A stretch of DNA of 60,251 nucleotides from a virus (lineage: Duplodnaviria > Caudoviricetes): positions 1 through 60,251 of the IMG/VR virus record IMGVR_UViG_3300042478_002844. One strand, written 5' to 3'. Below, piece by piece: positions 53,128-59,964 of this stretch. The translations under genes were made by a program, and so were the position numbers. Under the pieces are notes generated by a model, which saw only the letters and a program-made list of their open reading frames with translations, was not told the DNA's origin and did not search any database. Within the stretch, counting starts at the first letter, position 1, and each line of letters opens with the position of its first letter.

Positions 53128-53583
53128 TTACCTCACTATAAAGCCATTTGAATTTATGCGTTTTGTCCCTGTTGGATCTTCTATGAATGTTGGTATTTTA
53201 TTATCTATTTCAACAGAGCTTTCGGAATTGTATAAGTAATCACTTAGATCTATATCCTGTCCATTATAAAATGCGTTTAAAGAATTAGTAAAATTATTAA
53301 ATTCTACAGAATTTATCATGTCGTATCTAACTGCAACATTTAAATTTTTCTTCAATGCAATGCCAAGCATTTTTGCTTCATATGGCACACTTTCTTCAGA
53401 AGCAGCAAGATCGTTGAGCTCTTTCATTGCTGCGTTCGCATATTTCTTAAAGTCTGTAGATAACTTTTCTTTTTTTTCTGGATTTGCCCTAAGCTGCTTA
53501 GCAAGATCTGCGTCATAAGCAAGAAGCATGAGCTTCATCCTTTTTGCGTCATCACCAGTACCATAAAGTTCAGAGTAATTCAT
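53128..53583 (-). CDS. Hypothetical protein
   Basis: Start MNYSELYG at 53583 is ATGA-coupled to the upstream stop. Confidence 0.7.
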   Translation of the reverse strand: MNYSELYGTGDDAKRMKLMLLAYDADLAKQLRANPEKKEKLSTDFKKYANAAMKELNDLAASEESVPYEAKMLGIALKKNLNVAVRYDMINSVEFNNFTNSLNAFYNGQDIDLSDYLYNSESSVEIDNKIPTFIEDPTGTKRINSNGFIVR

Positions 53584-53822
53584 TTTCTTGCTACATTCAT
53601 GTAAAATTGAGCCATTCCACGTACAGAGGCATCTTCCGATTTCATTGCCTTGTCTGCACATGCTTGAGACGGTCCATCAAAACCATTTCTCTTGCAATAT
53701 TCAGTGAATCTGCCTTCATGATGAACTGCTTCTTGAATCCATTTCTTCTTTTTAGCTTCCTTCATCCATCCTGTTTGTTCACCAATTTTTTCCCATTCAG
53801 ATTTTGTAAGTTTATATTCCAT
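53580..53822 (-). CDS. W-x3-G-x3-GW leader plus KWIQ module micro-protein
   Basis: YKLTKSEWEKIGEQTGWMKEA|KKKKWIQEAV. GGAGG RBS. Confidence 0.85.
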   Translation of the reverse strand: MEYKLTKSEWEKIGEQTGWMKEAKKKKWIQEAVHHEGRFTEYCKRNGFDGPSQACADKAMKSEDASVRGMAQFYMNVARK

Positions 53823-53842
53823 GATCAGCCTCCATTAAATTT

Positions 53843-53871
53843 TATTACATTATGTATTCAATAATGACCTA
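53843..53871 (-). promoter_or_regulatory. Putative phage promoter TAGG-N21-AATA
   Basis: 20 nt upstream of ATG 53822. Confidence 0.55.
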
Positions 53872-53872
53872 C

Positions 53873-54526
53873 TTATTTTCTAATGTCCCAATATTCTTGT
53901 ATCCATTTTTGCAGCATATCAAATATGTCGAATCTTATTTTTGCTTTTTCTTTATCCATAGACTCCATTAACTGCATTAAACTATCTTCACCCTGCATTG
54001 ATAGCATGTGTTTTTGTGCCTTCATAACTTCTGCATCTCTTCTCTCTATTGCTGATACAGTGTGTACAAGCCATGGTCTTGGATTCTTGGAATCAAATGG
54101 CACAGTGACTTTTTCTTTATCTTTATTTTGTTCGTGTGCTGGATTATCTCCACATTCATCACGCCATTCTGCTCTGGTTGTTAACCATTGCTCGTATACA
54201 TGATGGTCTTCAAATATTCTTCTAATGAGCAAATAATTATGAGAATTTCCTTCTTTATCTTCCCATTTACACAATTGAGCGCCAATTCTGTAACCCTGTG
54301 TTGCAAGACCTCGTGGAGCCAAAATAAACATTGGGGCAGCCCCTGTGTACTTACCTTGGTTGATAATTTCTAATTTTTCTATTCTTTCTTTTACCTCTTG
54401 AACTATTGTCTTAACTGGTTTGTTTGGAAATGTTCTTTGGAAATTTTGCAAATCACGTTGTGCATCAGGAGAATAGATAATTCTCTCTATTTGTAAACTA
54501 AATTGTGCAAATTTATACCAATTCAT
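53873..54526 (-). CDS. MNWYK-leader protein, possible RelE/ParE/HigB-like domain
   Basis: IIYSPDAQRDL...GYRI...LLIRRIFEDH.VY pattern. Confidence 0.55.
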   Translation of the reverse strand: MNWYKFAQFSLQIERIIYSPDAQRDLQNFQRTFPNKPVKTIVQEVKERIEKLEIINQGKYTGAAPMFILAPRGLATQGYRIGAQLCKWEDKEGNSHNYLLIRRIFEDHHVYEQWLTTRAEWRDECGDNPAHEQNKDKEKVTVPFDSKNPRPWLVHTVSAIERRDAEVMKAQKHMLSMQGEDSLMQLMESMDKEKAKIRFDIFDMLQKWIQEYWDIRK

Positions 54527-54587
54527 TTTAATTATTTATTATCCTAACAATGTTTAATAAAATATATAGTTTGCAAGTTTTATATTT

Positions 54588-56009
54588 TTAAGGACATGTC
54601 CCCCATGCAGACAGTAGCATTCCAAGATCGCTTCCATCAACAAAGCCATCTCCATTCATGTCGTTTTGACTTGTTCCCCACGAAGCCAAAAGAATTCCCA
54701 AATCACTTCCATTCACCAAGCGATCTCCTGTGAAGTCTGCTGGGCAAAGCACGGGCTGTGCGGCACGGACTGCTGCATTCGCATCCAACATTCCCCATCC
54801 CGTGAGTGTGTCATATCCTGCCGTTCCGATGTCCCTGCATGTTGACTGCATGATCGATTCCACCTGTGCTGCCGAAAGGGAAGGATTGACCGAAAGAATC
54901 AATGCCGCTACCCCTGCTGCATATGGCGAAGAGAACGATGTGCCGTCGATGATTGTGTAGTCTCCCGATCCATATCCGTTCGTTCCTGTCCGATCCGTGG
55001 TGTAGATAGACTGACCAGGTGCAATAAATGCGAGTTTTGTTCCATACGAGGAGAAGGATGCCTTTTGCCCGTTTCTACTTGAAGCACCGACTGCGTTCAC
55101 GCTTGAAGCAGTTGCAGGATATCCAATTGTTGTATTTCCAGAATTTCCTGAACTGGCAAAATTGACAATTCCTGCATTTCTTGCAGCCGTGTATGCATTC
55201 GTCATGGCGGTGGAAGCCGTACCGTAATCATTGCTGTTATTGGTGACACGGACACCGTTTGCGATTGCCCAATTAATTGCATTGACCGTCCAAGATGTTT
55301 GTCCCTGCCATGATCCTGCCGTATTTGCCGTACCCACCTTGGCCGAGACCACTTTGCAATCTGGTGCAACTCCCACTGTACCAATTGAGTTGTTGATAAT
55401 TGCTGTGATGCATCCTGCCACGGCTGTGCCATGATTATCAAATATACTGCTCGGACCTCCTCCCGCTACACCATTTACCGCACCCGTAGTAAAATCACGA
55501 CCGGTAATTTGGTTGATGTCGGGATGATCTTGCTGAACTCCTGTTTCAAAAACCATAATTACAATACTAGGTAATCCTTTTGTAATTGACCATGCATTCG
55601 TGGTGTTCATATCAAAGTTGATGAGTCCACCCGACTGCCCTATGTTGCGATGTCCCCAACATTGTGAAAAGCCTGCATCGTTTGGAATGACTTCGTGTCG
55701 TGTTGCAGTGAATGTTTGGTCTTTTTCAATAAATTCAATTTCACTATTTTCTTTTAGTGCTGCAACTGCTGATTCCATTGCTTCCGTATTGATCATTTTT
55801 ACAATAGTGAGATTTGGTATATGAGAATAATGTTCAATAGACGAGACTCCATTTACTAAAGCAATAGTAGCTTCTTTATGTGCATCTTTTTTCCATTGAA
55901 TAAAAAATGTACTTACAGTCTCCTTTTGCGACTGCTGTGTTGTTGTTTTATTCACGCTAATGCCGCCAGCACATACGAGACTTACTATTAGTAAAAATAT
56001 TGTTTTCAT
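54588..56009 (-). CDS. Subtilisin-family (S8) serine protease with C-terminal dockerin-like repeats
   Basis: Signal peptide, HGTAVAG, SSGN, GTSFSSP, CPADFTGD..VNGSDLG.LL..WG (two copies). Confidence 0.92.
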   Translation of the reverse strand: MKTIFLLIVSLVCAGGISVNKTTTQQSQKETVSTFFIQWKKDAHKEATIALVNGVSSIEHYSHIPNLTIVKMINTEAMESAVAALKENSEIEFIEKDQTFTATRHEVIPNDAGFSQCWGHRNIGQSGGLINFDMNTTNAWSITKGLPSIVIMVFETGVQQDHPDINQITGRDFTTGAVNGVAGGGPSSIFDNHGTAVAGCITAIINNSIGTVGVAPDCKVVSAKVGTANTAGSWQGQTSWTVNAINWAIANGVRVTNNSNDYGTASTAMTNAYTAARNAGIVNFASSGNSGNTTIGYPATASSVNAVGASSRNGQKASFSSYGTKLAFIAPGQSIYTTDRTGTNGYGSGDYTIIDGTSFSSPYAAGVAALILSVNPSLSAAQVESIMQSTCRDIGTAGYDTLTGWGMLDANAAVRAAQPVLCPADFTGDRLVNGSDLGILLASWGTSQNDMNGDGFVDGSDLGMLLSAWGTCP

Positions 56010-56045
56010 TTTTGTCTCCCTTGACTCTTGATATACGCCTTTACC

Positions 56046-56279
56046 TTATTCTTTGCTTTTTTTACCCTTCATAATACGCTCAAGGTATCCAGAACGAAGT
56101 GCACGTTCAATTTCTTCGTCGGTCATGCCTATATTTTTCATACGTTCAATAAATTCTTCTTTATATTGCTCTGGAGTTTTTTCGTCAGTGCCGTCATCTT
56201 CGGCTCTTAGTGCAGTTTTCATCCATCCAGCATTTACTCCAATTGATGTCCATTCTTCTTTTGATAATATGTATTTCAT
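56046..56279 (-). CDS. W-x3-G-x3-GW leader micro-protein
   Basis: MKYILSKEEWTSIGVNAGWMKTA. GGAG before ATG 56279. Confidence 0.8.
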   Translation of the reverse strand: MKYILSKEEWTSIGVNAGWMKTALRAEDDGTDEKTPEQYKEEFIERMKNIGMTDEEIERALRSGYLERIMKGKKSKE

Positions 56280-56296
56280 GTATTTCTCCATTATTA

Positions 56297-56324
56297 TATT
56301 CAAAATATCAAAAGATAGAACCTT
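56297..56324 (-). promoter_or_regulatory. Putative phage promoter AAGG-N20-AATA
   Basis: 17 nt upstream of ATG 56279. Confidence 0.55.
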
Positions 56325-56329
56325 TTGAT

Positions 56330-56806
56330 TCACCTTTCAATGCAAATTATTCTTGTTAATACTGGCACCTCAAGAGCTTTACCTATTGCTGCACGAGTCC
56401 TTCCTCCAGTAATAAACTGTTCTTTTCCGTTTACGTCAACAACGTTGACTGGGTCGTAACCGTCCTGATTCCATATTAATTCTGCGAGTTTTAATATGTA
56501 TTTACGTGGGTCTTTTTTTCTTTTAATTTCCCATCGAGTATCAAAAACATCATCTCTATTTTCCGTTGTTGCTATTTTCACTAATTTTGATATACGCTCT
56601 TCTGGCTTTCCAACAAGAACGCCACGGTACGGAGAGAAATTCCTAAATGCATCAAAGTTATTTGGCTGCAAAAGGACCACAGGAGATTCTTTCCATATCT
56701 TTCTCATCTCTTCTTTATGCATTCTTGGTATCAGTTTTCTTTTTTGATACCAACGTGCTTCCGAAAAGAAGTCTTCAAATGGACTGTAAGGATGCTCTCT
56801 CATCAC
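56330..56806 (-). CDS. ParB/Srx N-terminal-like protein, paralog 1
   Basis: YDPVNVV...FITGGRTRAAIGKAL.VPV. Confidence 0.65.
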   Translation of the reverse strand: MMREHPYSPFEDFFSEARWYQKRKLIPRMHKEEMRKIWKESPVVLLQPNNFDAFRNFSPYRGVLVGKPEERISKLVKIATTENRDDVFDTRWEIKRKKDPRKYILKLAELIWNQDGYDPVNVVDVNGKEQFITGGRTRAAIGKALEVPVLTRIICIER

Positions 56807-57339
56807 TCTTCTTCTTTGTCATAAAAAAGTTTTTTCACTTCTGGATGAACTTCTTTTGATTCACTTGGAATATTTATCTTTTTAACTTTTAATGGGACAT
56901 CCAGTGCGCGTGCAGCAGCGGCGCGAGTTCTGCCACCAATAATAAACGAGCCTATGTCTGGAACTTCAACAATATTAACGGGAGGATAAGTTCCTTGTTT
57001 TACCATTTCAACAAGTCTATTCAGATATGCGCGAGCATTCGCACTTCTTGCGACTGACCATTTGTCTTCATTTACGTCTTCTCTGTTCTCTGTTGAAGCG
57101 TATTCAATAAAATTCTTTACTCTATCTTCTTCGCTTTCGCCAGATATTTCGGGGGTATAAGTGTTCCCTACCGCATCCAGATCTCGTGGATCCATGTACG
57201 AAACAGGAGCATCGCTCCATGCTTTTACCAATTCATCTTTTCCTAACGACGAGCCAATTCCACGTTCTTGGTACCATTTAAACTCTCCCAAGAAATCTTC
57301 TACATCACTGTAAGACTGAGCTCGTTTATACCAATTCAT
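56803..57339 (-). CDS. ParB/Srx N-terminal-like protein with MNWYK leader, paralog 2
   Basis: MNWYKRAQ, YPPVNIV...FIIGGRTRAAAARAL.VPL. Confidence 0.7.
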   Translation of the reverse strand: MNWYKRAQSYSDVEDFLGEFKWYQERGIGSSLGKDELVKAWSDAPVSYMDPRDLDAVGNTYTPEISGESEEDRVKNFIEYASTENREDVNEDKWSVARSANARAYLNRLVEMVKQGTYPPVNIVEVPDIGSFIIGGRTRAAAARALDVPLKVKKINIPSESKEVHPEVKKLFYDKEEE

Positions 57340-57341
57340 GT

Positions 57342-57656
57342 TTAGTCAAATTCATGTTCATATGCAGCTTCTTCCACCCGTTCATCGTCTTCAAGATTTT
57401 CCACAATGTTTTTTTCCATTTCTGGAGTTACTGAAACAATGTTGTCTTCTATGTCAAAACATTCTACTTCCTCTAATTCCGCCTTAATGTTTACATCACT
57501 TGTTGGTGGTTCGTATCTGTCACCTGGATCTCGTGATATTGACCAGTGTATCGTTGCTCTTCCATGGCAAAAGCAAGTTGGATTATCAAATTCCATATTA
57601 TCAAATTCCCATAAAAACTTTCCACTTCTTCCACGAGCGCTCTTGTACCAATTCAT
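57342..57656 (-). CDS. MNWYK-leader acidic protein
   Basis: GGAGG before ATG 57656 (MNWYKSAR). Confidence 0.8.
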   Translation of the reverse strand: MNWYKSARGRSGKFLWEFDNMEFDNPTCFCHGRATIHWSISRDPGDRYEPPTSDVNIKAELEEVECFDIEDNIVSVTPEMEKNIVENLEDDERVEEAAYEHEFD

Positions 57657-57678
57657 AGTGAATCCTCCATATTTCTTA

Positions 57679-57707
57679 TATTGCACTGATAATTGACTAT
57701 TCACCTT
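57679..57707 (-). promoter_or_regulatory. Putative phage promoter AAGG-N21-AATA
   Basis: 22 nt upstream of ATG 57656. Confidence 0.55.
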
Positions 57708-57910
57708 TCGTCTTTTATTCAAATGCCCTCCCTCCATTTCAAAACACGACCAAAATTTTTTTGGGGCATCCAAGCGGCTAAAATTTTTTTAAGGCCTTCT
57801 AACAGCGCATATTACATAAAAACGCTCCAATTAAAAAATCGGGGGATTACAAAAACAAAAGTTCGCTTCCGTTCCAGTGCGGCAGTAGACGATAAAGGAG
57901 AACAGAAAGG

Positions 57911-58042
57911 ATGAACTACTCTATGAAGAACAAAACAATAATCAACTGGATCTGGGACCACCCCATGCTTGCCTCTACCCTTATTAATGTCCCGCTTTTC
58001 TTTGGGCTTATCTGCTTGGGCGTGAAGACTCAGGTTATATAA
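57911..58042 (+). CDS. 43-aa single-TM micro-protein (MNYSMKNKTIINWIWDHPMLASTLINVPLFFGLICLGVKTQVI)
   Basis: Translated by hand. Purine-rich AAGGAG/AAAGG upstream. Confidence 0.5.
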   Translation: MNYSMKNKTIINWIWDHPMLASTLINVPLFFGLICLGVKTQVI

Positions 58043-58081
58043 TCCACCCCCAGGATGGGCTAAGGTATCCCCTTTCAAGGA

Positions 58082-58627
58082 TTACCTTGAGAATATATTT
58101 ACCTTTGGTCCAGTGTATACGCCGTTTTTTACCTTTTTATGCAGCTCGTTGAGCAGGTCTGGTATTCCCTGTGTTTCCACTACCGGAAATGCAGGGGGCA
58201 CAATCCTTCTAACAGTCTCGAAAAGGCCGCTGCTTGGGTGTACGTAAGCCGCCACCGCTGCATTCCCATTGCTTTTGTGGAATATGAGTCCTAGCGGCGT
58301 GTCCATGTACGGGGAAGCTGCCCCGTATATCTGACTGCCAAAGCCGGAATCCGCAAGATGTTCAGATACCGTAAACGGCATGGCGTAAAGGCCACGCTCC
58401 CTGTTGCCCATGCCCCACATGAGACGAACAAACCCGTCTATTGTCTTACTTCCATGCCCCAAAAATTCTCGTCCAGCTTCTTTGGACTTTTCCCGTATCT
58501 CAAGCTCCATTTCCTTGCCAATGCCGTCATTGGAGTTTATGGGTTGCTTTTGCCTCTTCAGCTCCTCTACGGCAGCGTTCATCTGCTCATGGACTGCCTC
58601 TGTGTTTGCTCGCTTATACCAGTTCAT
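58082..58627 (-). CDS. MNWYK-leader protein
   Basis: MNWYKRAN. 181 aa. Confidence 0.8.
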   Translation of the reverse strand: MNWYKRANTEAVHEQMNAAVEELKRQKQPINSNDGIGKEMELEIREKSKEAGREFLGHGSKTIDGFVRLMWGMGNRERGLYAMPFTVSEHLADSGFGSQIYGAASPYMDTPLGLIFHKSNGNAAVAAYVHPSSGLFETVRRIVPPAFPVVETQGIPDLLNELHKKVKNGVYTGPKVNIFSR

Positions 58628-58743
58628 TCTTTTCCCTTGGGCGCACAGTTAGGAACGAAGCGCTTTCCCTTGCGCTTCATGCCCACGCGCTTGTAGCCCT
58701 TCCAGCAGCTAGATTTTGCCCTTACCCCAAAAATTATATCCAT
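58624..58743 (-). CDS. 39-aa CWKGY...VPNC micro-protein, copy 1
   Basis: Translated by hand: MDIIFGVRAKSSCWKGYKRVGMKRKGKRFVPNCAPKGKE. ATGA overlap with the next gene. Confidence 0.8.
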   Translation of the reverse strand: MDIIFGVRAKSSCWKGYKRVGMKRKGKRFVPNCAPKGKE

Positions 58744-59750
58744 AGATTTTTAGGATTTCCCTCTACCGCAGATATCATGTTGGAAATCCATATCCTCTTT
58801 ACGTTTGCAACCGATTCTTTCGAATTGTATGAACACGGTGACATGTGAACACCCTCGTATCGACGCAAGCTCTCGGATTTGCGCCTGCCACCCTCTATCG
58901 AATACCCACGAACCCTGCCACTCTCCAGAGCGTCCTTTAGGGCATCGTTATCAACAATAATGTCTGTCGCAAGGTTCACCAGGATCAGGTCCTTGCACAT
59001 TCCCAAAAGCTTCCCGTTTATAAGACCGATGTTGGTTCGGTTCGTATGAGGCTGATGGCACGGAACGTGAATGCTCACCACGCAAGATTCCCTGAATATG
59101 CTCTCTAGCGAATCCTTCGCACCAAGCTTCGGATTTATATCGCAATACAGGACTCGCATGCCCATGGCTTCCAGAAACGAACCCACCCGAGAACCTATGT
59201 TGCCCTTGCCTATTATTCCCGCCGTCTTGCCCTTCAGGTCAAGCGACTCCCTGCACTCCACATCACGATCCTTCAGAACGTCAACGGATGCCAAATGACG
59301 GTTCCTTGCGTGCAAAAGTATCTCCGTAAGTGCTGATTCAGCAACACTTTCCGTTACAGCGTCAGGACAGCTCTGAATATCTATGCCAAGCCCCTTTGCA
59401 ATGCCAGGACTGAAAAAATCCACGTCAGTCATGTCAACATTGATGCACTTCAATCCCTTTACGCCCGGAGATTTATAAAATACCTCCGTAAGCTTGTCAA
59501 TCTTGTTAGGGTCAGGGAAAGGCATGGGATCCATGTTAAGCATTAGATAGTCATAGCTATCGCAGCGCTTCCCAAGCTCCCGCTCCGTAATACTCTTTGT
59601 CTTAACCCAGTCTACCTCCGCAACCGCACGCAGAGGCTCTAGATCCTCTTCCGTCATGCCCCACATATCGGGAAGTGACACCAAAAGCACCTTAGGACGC
59701 TTTCTCGCTGATCTAGACCCTTCCACTTTTGCCCATTTTAACCAATTCAT
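58734..59750 (-). CDS. D-2-hydroxyacid dehydrogenase-fold protein with MNWLK leader (catalytically atypical)
   Basis: TESVAE, LKGKTAGIIGKGNIGSRV, VSIHVP, LVNLA..IVDNDALKDALESG. Confidence 0.85.
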   Translation of the reverse strand: MNWLKWAKVEGSRSARKRPKVLLVSLPDMWGMTEEDLEPLRAVAEVDWVKTKSITERELGKRCDSYDYLMLNMDPMPFPDPNKIDKLTEVFYKSPGVKGLKCINVDMTDVDFFSPGIAKGLGIDIQSCPDAVTESVAESALTEILLHARNRHLASVDVLKDRDVECRESLDLKGKTAGIIGKGNIGSRVGSFLEAMGMRVLYCDINPKLGAKDSLESIFRESCVVSIHVPCHQPHTNRTNIGLINGKLLGMCKDLILVNLATDIIVDNDALKDALESGRVRGYSIEGGRRKSESLRRYEGVHMSPCSYNSKESVANVKRIWISNMISAVEGNPKNLWI

Positions 59751-59797
59751 AAAATAATCCTAAATAGACTCTACCGTATCAATTCCTAATTTATGTA

Positions 59798-59854
59798 CTA
59801 CACACCTCCCACTAAGGTATCCCTTTTTGTCTTTGCCGATTTATACCAGTTCAT
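59798..59854 (-). pseudogene. 18-codon leader-only ORF MNWYKSAKTKRDTLVGGV
   Basis: Translated by hand. ATGA-coupled, TAG at 59800-59798. Confidence 0.5.
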
Positions 59855-59964
59855 CCCTTTCCCTTAGGAACGCAGTTCGGAACAAGGCGTTTTCCCTTGC
59901 GCTTCATGCCTACTCGCTTGTATCCCTTCCAACAGCTTCCTTTTGCGCGTTTATACCAGTTCAT
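59851..59964 (-). CDS. 37-aa CWKGY...VPNC micro-protein with MNWYK leader, copy 2
   Basis: Translated by hand: MNWYKRAKGSCWKGYKRVGMKRKGKRLVPNCVPKGKG. GGAGG RBS. Confidence 0.85.
   Translation of the reverse strand: MNWYKRAKGSCWKGYKRVGMKRKGKRLVPNCVPKGKG

Noticed and set aside
29685-57773. Long upstream starts in the ORF track (30530, 40958, 45000, 53661, 56333, 57773)
   Set aside because: Downstream ATGs fit the RBS, ATGA coupling, promoter motif and/or leader peptide better.
57812-58078. 88-aa minus-strand ORF
   Set aside because: TTG start and no recognisable features. The plus-strand micro-ORF 57911-58042 has a better RBS and a TM helix.
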